Made by a program: the position numbers and the translations under genes. Under the pieces are notes generated by a model. It searched no databases. It worked only from the letters and a program-made list of their open reading frames with translations, and was not told the DNA's origin. A stretch of 64,000 nucleotides of DNA from Heteronotia binoei (Eukaryota), in assembly GCF_032191835.1 (NCBI RefSeq), contig NC_083231.1, positions 8,618,001 through 8,682,000 of the forward strand. Reading direction: 5' to 3'. Shown here in pieces: positions 51,291 to 64,000 of this stretch; positions within the stretch are counted from its first letter, which is position 1; each line of letters opens with the position of its first letter.

Positions 51291-52984
51291 CATTGCTCAC
51301 TAGTTGAAAGGATGATGGCAGATGTACATATTTATTTTTTTAAAAGAACATATGAATAGATGGACAAGAAGAAAATTTGATCACTTTAAAAGGAAGTCTA
51401 AGAGAGATCTACACCCTAACAGCTGGAACAGCAAAATCTTAACAACTGTAAATATTTCAATGGGTTAAAAAAAAACACCTTGTAGGAGATGAAAACAATC
51501 ATTAATAAAATGACTGGATAATAATGATGAGAAAAAGGAAGCTTACATGAAGTTTTCTGCTAGACCTAATGAAAGCCACACCTGCTCTTAAGTCCACTAG
51601 TAGTTTCTGGGAATACAGACTCAAGTACACTAACACTCCAATTTAATAATTCAACTAAAATAGTAACAGTCTAATATAAGTTCACTTACATTGACTCCAC
51701 TCCAATAAGAACTGATTTGTGGGAAGCCCTGTTGTCCTATTCTTTCACATCCATTTGAAGCTACTGAAAGAGAATTTTAATCTTTTTGTTTTCAGTTAAT
51801 CTAGGACTTGCACTCTCTACATGTGAGATTGTGAGACTACAAGTAACAAAAGAAACAGCACCTGAGACAGGCTCACACAAACAGGAGCAAGTTCAGTTCA
51901 CAATAATAAAATCCCATTAAGTTCTATGGAGATAAGTCAACTGCCCCCTCCCATTAGCGACACTTGAGAAAGGGCTAGGCCTGGCTTTTCTGCCCTTGTT
52001 CCCACTCAAATGGTGCCACAGACTAGAACGCTTTACTTTCTTTCCTATTCCTGACCATTCACTCTAATGGAGAAAAAGCCAAGCGCTGTATATGGAGACA
52101 GTGCCCTCAACTTTTTGAGGGCAGTAACTGGGTAGAAAGACAGGTTAAAAATGTTTTAAATAATAGATGGCTAAGTCCTCACTGAAAAGGGGATTCTATG
52201 CGTGTCTTTGTGCAGAGCTACTAACACCCTTGCAATATATAAATATTCCTTGCACGCTCACTCTGTCCATCACAACGAGAAGCATTTTGCCAGCATGCAA
52301 TTCATATTTTTACTGCAAATCAAGAAGTATATTGTAGTTTGATCAATTTGCCCATAAAATTGTTCTCTGAGGGGAAGTCTATGTGTACTCACACATTTCG
52401 CCCACTTTCCTGACTACTTAGATTAGAATTTTTGCCAGCCTGGAGACTTCTGGGATTAGGTGCAAGTACTCCAAGCAGTCAGCATGTTGTTATGCTGAGT
52501 AACATTCCCAGCAGTCAAGGCAGCATGGGTAGACAGTTCAATCCTTGGAGGTGCACTATAAAAGCATTCAGTCTTTCTTTGCTGTCTAAATGTTAGTGGG
52601 TGGCGGCATTAAGTGAATTAGTTGTGTCACATAACACTGTCCATTTAAGATGAATATGCAGGGGTGGCCAACGGTAGCTCTCCAGATGTTTTTTTGCCTA
52701 CAACTCCCATCAGCCCCAGCCATTGGCCATTGGTCACATGACTGCTGCGCACAGCACTTCTGGGGAATTATTCTTAAAATGCCACTTCAAACTCTGTCAA
52801 CTATTTATTCCTACATTACAGCATACCGTAAGGCCACAGAGTGCAAACACATGCACACACAAACACACTCTTCCCCAAGAGGCCTCAGCAGCTACCTAAT
52901 TGCAGGAATTGTGAACATATTTCCCTGTCACCACCACAATATTTTAAGTTGCAGCACCTGACAGACCTTCATCTTTTGAGAATG

Positions 52985-53405
52985 AAGACATACTTTTCTC
53001 CCTTTCTCACAATATGAGAACTCGTGGGCACTCAATGAAATCGCTAAACAGTCAGGTTAGGATGGATAAAAGGAAGTCCTTCTTCACCCAAAGGGAGATT
53101 AACACGTGGAATTCAATGCCACAGGAGATGGTGGCAGATGCCAGCATAGACAGCTTCAAGAGGGGATTGAATAAGCATATGGAGCAGAGGCCCATCAGTG
53201 GCTATTAGCCACAGGGTATTGGTTGGAACTCTCTGTTTGGGGCAAGTGGTGCTTGGGAGGGGCAGCAGTGTGAGGACTTCTAGTGTCCTGGCCCTACTGG
53301 AAGACCTCCTGATGGTACCTGGGTTTTTTTGGCCACTGTGTGACACAGTGTTGGACTGGATGAGCCACTAGCTTGATCCAACATGGCTTCTCTTATGTTC
53401 TTACT
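52985..53405 (+). mobile_element. CR1 3' fragment, (TTCTTATG)n family
   Basis: TRGHSMK...FFTQR coding end, UTR and tail. Confidence 0.88.
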
Positions 53406-53816
53406 TCCACATCCTATTTCCATGCACAAGATATTAAAATGGTGGGCAGCTTCACAGATACCTACTGCCCCTGCAAAATTTAGCAGAAACCACCCAGATG
53501 TACCATCCAAAACTTCAAAGCAAAAAATGGGCAAGGTAGGCACAGAGAGGAGAGCGCAGCAACACTCCCTGCCATGCTGAAGGCTGGTAAGCTAGACTCT
53601 ACACACAGCCTTTGAAATAAGACTGAACATTAAACACCCCTCAAATTATTGGAGAAGATAGCTGAAGCACCTCGCTGTTATGAAGTTTCATGCTTGAGAT
53701 AGAAAAACATGCCTTTACTATAGAAGAGGATCAATCACATCAAGGTGGTCCAACAACTGGATGTAAGCTAGGGAGTGTCATAAAGCCGCTGCCAATTTCT
53801 GGCAACCCTGTAGGTT

Positions 53817-54250
53817 TGAGAGCCAGTTTGGTGTAGTGGTTAAGTGCTTGGACTTTTATCTGGGAGAACTGGGTTTGATTCTCCACTCCTCCACTTGCAG
53901 CTGCTGGAATGGCCTTGGGTCAGCCAGAGCTCTCTTATCTGGGAGAACCGGGTTTGATTCCCCTACTCCTCCACTTGCACCTGCTGGGATGGCCTTGGGT
54001 CAGCCAGAGCTCTCTTATCTGGGAGAACCGGGTTTGATTCCCCACTCCTCCACTTGCACCTGCTGGGATGGCCTTGGGTCAGCCACAGCTCTCATAGAGC
54101 TGCCCTTGAAAGGGCAGCTGCTGCAAGAGCTCTCTCAGCCCCACCCACCTCACAGAGTGTCTGTTGGGGGGGGGGAGGTAAAGGAGATTGTGACCGCTCT
54201 GAGATTCAGAGCACAGGGCGGGATATAAATCTAATATCATCATCATCATC
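53817..54250 (+). mobile_element. Squam3-like SINE with a triplicated 79-80-bp B-box segment
   Basis: atctgggagaac..ggtttgatt..ccttgggtcagcca starts at 53858, 53937 and 54017. Confidence 0.9.
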
Positions 54251-55989
54251 TACTGCCTTCCTCTTCTTCTTTCAAGGCAATATACATTTAGAGGTGACTT
54301 GCCAGTGCCACCCTCTGCACAGTGACCCTGTACGAGTCCAAGTATGAACAAGGGCAAATCCCGCTTAGCTTCCAATGAGATCAGGGTAGCCTGGGCCATC
54401 CAGGTTAGGGCAGCCAGCCACTCATCTGCATGACAGAAATTGCACATTTGTGCCTCAGGAGCTATCCCAGGTGCTGCAGTGCCCCAGGCTGCTTGGCTAC
54501 CGGTCACCTGCTTCCTGTTCCTTGCTGTAGCACCCTCTTGCCTGTGGCCAACTGCCTTCCACCTTCCGCCTAAACTGACTTCCTGCAGGTCTTGCACGGT
54601 GCCATGCAAGCTCTCAGGCCAACTGGAACAGGGCAGCATATGGCACTCTATGAATCAAAGCTGCTGCTTTAATTGCAGGCAGGCAAAAAGAAGCCTCTGC
54701 CCTGCACGTTTCCAGAAATATAAAGAACTGGCAGAAAGAGCTCTTCTTCCCGTCTAGATTCAAATGCTTCAATGATCTTCGCTCAAAAGCATCTGAAAAC
54801 CTGCAAGGAATGGGTTACTCTGAGCGGCTTAAGTACAGATAACCCTGCATCTTCTTGGCTAAAACTTTACCGAGAAGGAAAAGGGAATGGAATCCGCTAA
54901 CCCGCTGATAGATTAAGAAAACGAGTGTGTCGTGTTACCAGATGGGGGAGCTTAGACTCCAGAGGAGAACAGAATGCCGGCAAAAACAACTCTTCAGATA
55001 TTGATTCAAGTCCAACAGTACTTCAAAGACCAACAAAGATTACCGGCAAATAAGATTTTAAGAGTCAAAGCTACTTTTGTCAAATACATTAAGCATTCTG
55101 TTAGAGTCTTCAGACAAAGTTCATTTCTTCTATTTTCAGTTAATCTAAAGGGTCATTAAATAAACGACAGCTTATTCTAAGCCTGTGTAATTTAGGCAGT
55201 TGCCCATAGCGGAAGTTTTTAAAAAGCCACAAATTTGTGTTTTTTCTGGCTAGTATTAGCGGTACTGAGGCAGCAATACTGTAGTTAGACCTTCTGAGGT
55301 TCTATTTAAGCACTGCAGATTTTTTTAAAAAATTAAGTCATTTCTCTACAGTCAATGCAACGAAGCTCCAGTTCTGTACTACATAAGAACAAAGAATGAA
55401 CCACAGAAAACCCAAGGAGTAAAGATTTTATACAATGCCCACTTTGCTTTATACGTTGAGAACAAGGGAATTCTTTGTTGGGCAATAAGGGAACCAGCAC
55501 TTGCGGCTGTAAACAAGCTAAAGAACCGAAGGTCTTCAGTTTCCACACCTTCACACAAGGTTAATTTTCCGGCATGATGAGGAGATCAATAGAGCAGTGC
55601 TTTGCAGCCATCTGGCTCAGTTCCCAGTCGCTCTAGTTTAGAAGCCACCTGAAGATTTTAAAACCCCTTCACTACAAGGTATTTTTCTATATAGAAAAAG
55701 AAAAATATTCTGTATGGAGTTGCCTTCAGGAACTTACCCTAGCTTTGGATTGTTTTAGGGGCTTACTTAGCCAAGAAAATTTAAAATTAATTCATTTAGA
55801 TCTTCACTAGACTCCCCCCCCCCCCATTACATCTCTTGGTTGCGATACAGACTATGAAGAAATGCCTTTTTCTCTCCTGGGAGGCTGGGAATGAACCAAA
55901 CCTCCCTTTTGTGTTTTAACAGGTTTTGTTCCTCTGGGCTGGGAACAAGCAGAGGGGGACTCAGTGCAATGGCCTTCTAGCTTACCTGT

Positions 55990-56192
55990 ATAAAGGTAAA
56001 GGCAGTCCCCTGTGCAAGCAACAGTCGTTTCCGACTCTGGGGTGATGTCGCATCATGACATTTTCATGGCAGACTTTTTAATGGGGTGGTTTGCCATTGC
56101 CTTCCCCAGTCATCTCCACTTTCCCCCCAGCAAGCTGGGTACTCATTTGACCGACCTCGGAAGGATGGAAGGCACTACTCTGCACCACGGGG
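55990..56192 (-). mobile_element. Sauria/Squam-type SINE with internal deletion
   Basis: Head joins the core directly at ...ggaaggatggaaggc|actactctgc. Confidence 0.8.
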
Positions 56193-57682
56193 CTTATCTA
56201 TATACAGAATAATAATAGATTTAGCTAGAGATAATAGTCCCTCTTCCCCCTTTTCCAAGCACGGAACAGAGTTTGGATAACTTTAGGTCAGGACAGCCCC
56301 AGGGATAATATCCGGGAAGGGGCTGAAGAAAATGCTTTGACCTGGTCAGGTCAGTGGGGTGGAGAAACAGAAATGACAAAATCTCTTTGCAAAAGGAAGG
56401 CAGCCTCTTTTCCTCGGATGCTGAGGACATGGCATGCAGATGTCTCCTCTGGGAAAGCAGCCCTCTTTGACCAAGTGCTTGCCCAGACAGCTACAAACAG
56501 CTGCAAGGTAAGGGAAACTCTGCACAGATTTCTAACACCCTAAGCTTAAGGAGCCTGTCTCATTTTAACATCTGACAGGGCATGGACAGTGAGAGCGACA
56601 GAGGATTTACAGCTTTACCCAGTTCTTTTGTTTCCCTTGCTCAAATCTGGTGCAATGCTTAAAGCATGCTTGCAATCATTTTCTTTTTAATAAATACTAC
56701 ATAACTTAAGGTGCTGAGAGTGGTTCTCACACAGATCTCTTATCATCTCAAACCCAGTATTTTAAAACGAATGCCAGGAGGGGGAAGGCAGCCATTCCTC
56801 TAGGAGCACTAAAGGCAGTAAACAGTCTCCATGGTGACCAGGTGCTGGGCAGCGGACGACACAGAGGCAAGGCCACAGAGCTTGTAAGGGAAACTGGGAG
56901 TCCTGATCCTCCCAGTAAGAAATCCCTACAATGATCAGGTGATGGTAGCCTATCCTAGAGAGAAGCCCCCCTCCAAGGAGTTTGGAAGACCTAGGCAGGC
57001 AAAGCAGAAAAGAGCCTGCAGGCCAGAGCAGGGACGTTCTGCTACGAAGATGTTAAAACACAGCAAGAGAGTCAGTATTTCAGCAGTTCAGTCAACATTG
57101 CAGTTCTACACTACTTTAGTGAAGACTCAAAGAACATATTCTCTCTCTCTCTAGATAGGATATATCCATACAGTCTTTCAGATCATGTGCCAAATCTCAA
57201 GTCAACAAATGATGAAGAAAATCCATTTTTTTCTGTGTTTATTTGTACAAGTATTTTGTGCAGCTTTAATCTGTGCAAACATTTTGTCAACTATTAACAT
57301 TGCCAATATCATACAAAGTGTTTAAGTTAGCTTTTCCAAGATGTAACAATATGCATTTTAGCAGCCAGAAGCAATGCAGTCACTAATCCCTTGTAAAACT
57401 CTGGGACATACGGGTTCACTGCAGTTACAGAATGAGACATTTTAAAAGTATTCCCCCCCCCCCCCAATATAACCAATTATCCTACCCTAGAACTTTCGCA
57501 CATTCAGACAAGACCACCAGTCATGCCGACAAAAGCTGCTTTTCTGAATTTCTTCCAATACGTTTTTAAATTTAGTAGGAGCATTATGATGGATTTTATC
57601 TTGGATTAAGTGTCATCTAGTACATATGTTGTATATTGTTGCTCTTGTGTCTATGGAGGTAGTTTTGAAAGGTGATCTAGAA

Positions 57683-58439
57683 CAGGGGTCCCCAACCCCC
57701 GGGCCGGGGAACACTACCAGGCTGCGAAGCCTGGCGGCACACCACCACCACAGAGTTTAGCTTCATCACCCCACTGCCGCTGCCCTCCCTTTCTCCCTGG
57801 TGCTGCAATGCAGTGCGACACTCCGTCGTTTCCCTCCCTCCCCCCTCCCTCCGATTGCGCCGAGCTGAAACTGGGCCTTACCAGTTTTGATGGGGCCAGC
57901 GCACCATCTAACACTTTGAAGTACACACGAGAAAATGCTTCTCCCCCCCTCCTTCCTGGAACCGGAAGCGAGGGGGGAGAAGCATTCTCTCGCGCATACT
58001 TCAAAGTGTTAAGATGGCATGCTGGCCCCATTGAAACTGGTAAGGTTCGGTTTCGACTCTGCTCTGCTCAATCTGGGGTGGGGGGGGAGGACGACGACGG
58101 AGCACTGCACTGCATTGCAGCGCCGGGGAGAGGGGGAAGGCGGCAGGAGGGGGGACTCAAGCCTCATCATGCAGGGTGGGGGGCAACGGAGGTAAACTCC
58201 GATGGGCTGCTTCTTCAGTGGGTTGCCCACCGCTGCAGAAGGGCGGCGAGGCTGTGCGGCCCCACGAGGGGAGGGGGGCAGGGCAGTGAGGCTGCATGGC
58301 ATGGGGGCGGCGGCAAAGCTGCGCAGCGCCACAGGGGGCAGGGGGAAATTCGGTGCCCCCACCCTGCCGGCCCTGGGGCCATGGTGGGCGGGCCAGTCCT
58401 GGTGCCAGTCGCTGGTACCAAGAAGGTTGGGGACCACTG
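57683..58439. mobile_element. hAT-Charlie-like element with a long internal fold-back
   Basis: caggggtccccaacc / ggttggggaccactg; perfect TSD ATCTAGAA. Confidence 0.9.
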
Positions 58440-58653
58440 ATCTAGAACATAGCTTAGTCCATATACATAAGTACATGTATAACCTTCTAACTCTTTTTTC
58501 TAGCTATTCTACCATAATTTTACAAAGGATGGCTCTCTTAACTTCTGCAAACCAAAGCAAAATGAAATTATTCAGAATCCCAGCTAGCTGACAACATAAA
58601 CCTTCTTCAGAAACATACAACAACCACACTGGTTTTAGTACTGGTTTTAAACT

Positions 58654-58956
58654 AGAGAGCCCCATGGCGCAGAGTGGTAAAGCTGCAGTACTGCAGTCCA
58701 AACTCTCTGCTCACGACCCGAGTTCGATCCCGGCGAAAGCTGGGTTCAGGTAGCTAGCTCCAGGTTGACTCAGCCTTCCATCCTTCAGAGGTCGGTAAAA
58801 TGAGTACCCAGCTGGCTGAGGGTAAAGTGTAGATGACTGGCGAAGGCAATGGCAAACCACCCCATAAAACAGTCTGCTGTGAAAACATTGTGATGCGACA
58901 TCACCCCAGAGTCGAAAACGACTGGTGCTTGCACAGGGGACTACCTTTACCTTTAC
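58654..58956 (+). mobile_element. Full-length Sauria/Squam-type SINE
   Basis: Family sequence; TSD TTAAACTAGA. Confidence 0.9.
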
Positions 58957-61584
58957 TTAAACTAGAAAACTCTACATATTGTGACCACTGCACACTTAAG
59001 AAAAGGCACTTTCCCTCTGTGTTTCAGGATGACTGCTGTATTTAACGGAGTGCATGAAACCAGCATCCCCCAAGGCATGTAGAAACAGAATGGGGTCAGT
59101 GTTTCCCAACAGTGAAAACTCCTTCCCCTTGGCAATTATTAAAATCCAAGCATCGTTAGGATCTGCTACAAGCAGCCTATCCGGGTAAGTGTTTAATAAT
59201 GGCATACTGATACTAAATGTTTATTTTGACCGGTAAGCTTTTCAGAAAATTGTTCTTTCAGCTAATTTTAGATGCATTGTAATTTGTAAGACAAAACCCA
59301 TCATGCTTTTGGAAGGAGCTTATAAAAGCTTCCATTTGGTCTCCACAGTAGCAAACAAGAGTCACAAGGATCCAAGGAGGGCTTTTGCATATAAGAAGCT
59401 GTAAGGTCTCTGCCTACGGGGTATAATTCAAGATTTAAAATATGAAACTGCATCCTATTTCACTGTTCTGCGAGTATATCCCAACAATTACATAATCACG
59501 CTGCTTGATAAGAAGAACAATTCTACTGAGCTTAAAAAAGCAGGAGGACGCACAGCAAGCTGTGGATCAAGCCTAGGCAATCTTTTTGAATGAAATGCCT
59601 CAAACTCTTCAAGTCTTACCTGTTGGATATGCTGGTGTGCAGACAAGTTAAAGTAGGTGAGGGGAAGATAAGGGGGTTTTGCTTGCTTCAAGCCAGCTGA
59701 GCCCCAATGACAATGCAGCACCTCAGGGGCTTGCCTCAGTCATCTGGCCGCAGAACCGGCCCTGAATGCCAACCAAACTAGTCTGGCAGGCTGCAGTCCA
59801 GCACACACACGCTAAGGCTTGCAGGCTGCCCGAGCCTCCTGTAGACACTGACCAAACCACAAGTTCTGCTGAGTTACCTTCTAAAAGCAACCAGTAAATT
59901 TCAAATGAACAATGGATCCACATTTTAAATAGCTACAGTTTTATCACAGTTGTGTCTTTACTTTCAAATATATATACTGCTTCTTCAGTTTTTACAAGGC
60001 AAGCTTTATCATATTTTCTTCTGCAGGAAACCAATGTGTATGCTAACACAGAGAAAAATTACAGCCCTCTGCCCCTTTTGCAATTTTTCTTCCAACGGGA
60101 GTTTCTGAAAAATCCACTGTGGATATTCAAATACATGCAAAACTGGATAACAACTACATTATCTGTATTAGGATTTAATGCAGGAGGAACAAGGACAAGT
60201 TACTCATTCTGCCAGATTATATTCCACATAAACAAAAATATTTCATATAGCACAGAACTATTTATACACATTAAAAAGTTCCATCCAGTTAATGCACCAA
60301 GACAGACAAGGATACAAGCCTACTTAAAAACCAGTCGAAGTCCTCCTTGAACACCCTTGCTTATTCAGTTTCATCTAATAAAGATTATTCACAGTAAGCA
60401 CACTAAGATGTTCTAGAGAACTAACAATCCTTGAGTGCCAGTGTGGTGCAATGGGTTGAGTGTCAGACTAGGGCCCAGTAGAACCAGATTCAAATCCCCA
60501 CTCCACTGTAGAAACTGGCTAGGTGACCTTGGGATAGTTACAAACTCCCAGCCTCACAGGGACGAGAAGAGAAGGATGTCATGCTGCTTTGGATTCCCAC
60601 TGGGTGGAAAGGTAGGGTATAAACAAACTTAATAATAAGTTGCTTGAACACAGGGAAACAATTCATGGCTAACAATTCTATCTTTCCCATGGCAAGTGAC
60701 TCTCCAGGATGTGGAGCTCCAAAGCCAACGGATGCTGCATAAGTTTAAGAGACACAAACCCACAGAGTCCTTTTCTCTGGCAGGCCTCTCCTGCTGCTCA
60801 AGGATGGTTCTCTGCATAAAGTAAGTAAGTTTAGGCTGCACCTTCAAAGAACGACAATTCCTCATAGGCGTTCTGTTATGGAACGACAAACCTGTTCTGC
60901 GCTAAGTTCAACCACAGTTTCATGAGAGAGCAGCAGCCATTGTGGTATCTTGGTGTATTTGAGGATGAACAAATGAGCAACAGGAAAAACACCTGATATC
61001 ACAACCTGTAGCACTATGCTCCTTTGAAATAAACTGACTGCCATTAGATACCACTCAGTACACAGAGGAAATATACACGATCAGTCTTGGGACAGCAAAG
61101 GCAAGAAGCTTGCTAAGAAACAATGATTCAAAAGTCGCTTATTCTTCAAAGCGTTGGGTTTCCCTGTAGACAGCCCTTGCCTAATGACTCAGATTCTGCC
61201 CCTCAAGACATTTAAAAGAAAATCCTCCTCAAATGTATAACAAATCTTAGCCTTTTAAGCAACCATTAAAAGTTAGCTTTCAAAGAACACCCTGAGAGCT
61301 CTCATAAGGAAAATACGGCATACATAAAAGTATCAGTGGGACATTTCAGATTACTTATGTTAGTCCATGTAGTTCTTTTGACTGAAGCTGCCTAATGCCT
61401 GCCGTAAACCCACTTTGTCAGTACGTGCCGTAATACAGCAAAAACACTGGTTAATCAGAGGCCAGTTGCATAAGTACTAGCAGAGTAAATTAGAGCCAGG
61501 ATTCTATCTGCAGGTGTGAATAATCTTTTTTCCCCACATTTATTCTTCAGATAACGCCTACAGGCATTTTTGGAAGAAACAAAT

Positions 61585-61760
61585 ATGTATTTATTTATTT
61601 ATTTTATTCGATTTATATCCCGCCCTACCCCACCGAGGTGGGCTCAGGGCGGCTTACAACATAAAAACCAACAGAATCCATTTAAATACATTCATGATAG
61701 ATTAATAATTATAATTATACAATAAAATATATAAAATACATATAGAATACATAAAAACAC
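61585..61760 (-). mobile_element. L2 LINE 3' tail
   Basis: tgtaagccgccctgagccc...gggcgggatataaat(AAAT)n on the minus strand. Confidence 0.7.
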
Positions 61761-61982
61761 ATAAAAAATATTTTATCAGCAGCCTTTCTACCTTACAGAA
61801 ATCAAGCTTAGAATTCAAACAGCCTACAATGTAAATAGCTTACAATGTAAACATCTGCCCTACTCATTTTAGTCCACCTTTAGGCTGAGATTTGGAGCAG
61901 AACAGCGCACTTCAGGCCCCAGCTGACAATCTCTGATTACTGTTGTATAAAGGTAATGTAACGCTGCTGATAATATTAAGTC

Positions 61983-62152
61983 CCGGGGCTTTTTTTTGGA
62001 GCAGCAACTCCTTTGCGCATTAAGCCACATACCCCTGATGTAGTCAGTCCTCCAAGAGCTTATAGGGCCTACTGTAAGTTCTTAGAGGATTGGTTACATC
62101 AGGGGTGTGTGGCCTTAAATGCAAAGGAGTTCCTGTTACAAAAAAAGCCCTG
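61983..62152. mobile_element. Palindromic hAT-like MITE (partial copy at 20715-20855)
   Basis: Self-complementary ggggcttttt...aaaaagccctg; TSD degraded. Confidence 0.65.
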
Positions 62153-62164
62153 CTAAGACCTATC

Positions 62165-63340
62165 AATGGCATTTGACGTCAACCATGATAGTCTTGTGGA
62201 TCAGCTGCAGTCAACGCTCGGGATAAAAGGGAAGTTCTTGTTGGAAACAAAGAGTTAACACAGGAAAGGCAGAGTCAACTAGCTGTGATCCAATGCAGTG
62301 AGTTCCTCAATGGTTCATTTTATTCCCAGCGCTCTTTAATTTCAGGATCATCAGGAGCTTGGAATGGGTGATCACTAATATGCTGATAATGTCCAGCTTT
62401 ATATCTTTTTATCCAAGACTCCAGAGGCATGCTGCTAAGATCATTGTCTCAAAGCTACACAAAAGTAACTCCCTCAGCGGGGAGGACAGGATAAAAGTGG
62501 AATTAAATACATAAATAAACTAACAAACTCACACTTAATCCAGACAAGATAGAGGTAATGCCAGTTGAGAAGGTAGAATGTTTGGCTGGTGCTAATTTAC
62601 CAGCAATGTTTTCTGCAGCAGATCAAGAGTTTATGGGTGCTTTTGGACCTGTTGGAAACAACAGGTAAGCTTCATTGTTTGATACTGATGACCAATCCTG
62701 TGAAAGGGGATTAGATAGCCATGTTAAGCAAGTTGGTGCTGTTGCTAGGATTACTTTCTTTCAATTACATCTAGCTTGTAAACTGTCCCCTGGCTGAACT
62801 GATCCATGCTACCATTGCCTCCACACTGGACTATTATAACGTGCTCTACACAGAGTTGCCTTTGAAGGCATCTCAGAAGGTATCAAATCAGAAGGTACCA
62901 TCTCACTGGTATCAAAAGTGGTTCCTGTTTGGGATCAGCAGCTCTAAACACATAATGCTGCATCAACTGTGCTGGCTACCTATCTGTTTCCAGGCTTAGT
63001 CCAAAGTGCTCCTAAGAGCCCTTCATACTTATTGAACCACATCTCCCAGTAAACTCCACTGAGCCAGTTACGTTCTTCACCAGGCCTCTTCCTTAAGGTG
63101 CCCTCACTTAGGATTGTCTTAATGGCTACACAGAGATCATAGGGCTTTTCCATGGTGGGCTCAGTCCTTTTTGGTGAGTGGGGATGGTGCCTTCACTTAC
63201 TAAATTTAGCAAGGCATACAAGGCAGTATTATTCTCAAGAGGATCTGGTGGAGGATGAATTGGTCCAGCAGACTTGACGGAGAGTTTGCTGATTCTGTGT
63301 GAGTGTTTTTCATTCTTAAACTTTATGTCCCCACAACCAG
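62165..63340 (+). mobile_element. Old, decayed L2 LINE reverse transcriptase region
   Basis: Remnants of AFD, YADxVQLY, LNPDK, LDY and L(C)WLPI motifs. Confidence 0.6.
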
Positions 63341-64000
63341 GTTACTGCATTACTCACCAACTTGAGTCCAAAGAGATCAGGCATGATAGAAACATTTTAA
63401 AATTAATTAAACAGCTAACATCTCTCAATATTTAAAAATCCTCCACAGCTGAAAAGTTCACCTGCTGATGACCTTACAACCGCTTCCTGTTACAACAAAC
63501 ACAAAAAGGAGTCTTGTAGTACCTTAAAGACTAGAAGATTTATTGCAGTGTAAGTTTAAATGAGCTACAGCCCACTTTGTCTGATTACCAACTTTATGCT
63601 TCAATAAATCTATTCACCTTTAAGGTGACACAAAACTTTGTTTTTAGCTTACTGTCAACTACACTCAGCTGCAGCTATCCAATTCTTTACCTCCTAAAGA
63701 ACAAATTATTTAATTCCTTTGGTTTTCATTTCCGTGTTTCATTCAGGGATAATACACCCTTTGTCTATACATTGCCAGATGCCGTGAAATCCCAAGTGAC
63801 TAGTACTAACCAATCTCCTTATGGATTCCCCGTGTTTTTTTTTAAACGAGAGGTTTCACTTAATTAAACCATCTTTCAGTCTGCCCTATCACAAATCTCA
63901 GTGAACTGAGATTCCACTCAATTTGTAATTGTGTGTTCTAACAGAAAGCCAAAAAAGCAAATTTCACACCACCGCCACAGTAATCCATCCCTAACAATGA

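Larger units (their letters stand above)
23937..64000 (-). other. RBPJ: Presumed large 5' intron of RBPJ
   Basis: The 39-bp exon needs an upstream phase-2 exon; none was recognised, and no other host gene exons were seen. Confidence 0.65.

Noticed and set aside
55574-55652. C/D-box snoRNA-like ATGATGA...CTGA
   Set aside because: Antisense to the host intron, with no terminal stem and no evident guide.

Overview
This is vertebrate genomic DNA, almost certainly squamate and probably gecko (inferred from the SINE/CR1/MITE repertoire), not prokaryotic. The only host gene is RBPJ (CSL/Su(H), the Notch effector), on the minus strand. Ten coding exons can be placed at base resolution from 23936 down to the stop at 1071, all with GT-AG boundaries and consistent phases. 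Its 3' UTR runs off the left edge. No first coding exon was found, so 23937-64000 appears to be one intron of more than 40 kb. The introns are a dense transposon mosaic: two CR1 LINE families, L2, RTE/Bov-B, Penelope-like elements, several tRNA- and 5S-derived SINEs, many hAT, Harbinger-like and TcMar MITEs with readable target-site duplications, a DIRS recombinase relic, and a rearranged Ty3/Gypsy element. The most interesting signals are (1) minimal hammerhead ribozyme motifs in Penelope terminal repeats inside RBPJ introns, (2) an 8-unit array of the CR1 3' stem-loop plus tail inside one TSD, suggesting reiterative reverse transcription, (3) a Gypsy element ending in a fold-back of its integrase, (4) several long hairpins, and (5) a speculative 12-nt microexon. 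Repeat family names come from motif recognition, not a database search, and repeat boundaries without a stated TSD are approximate.
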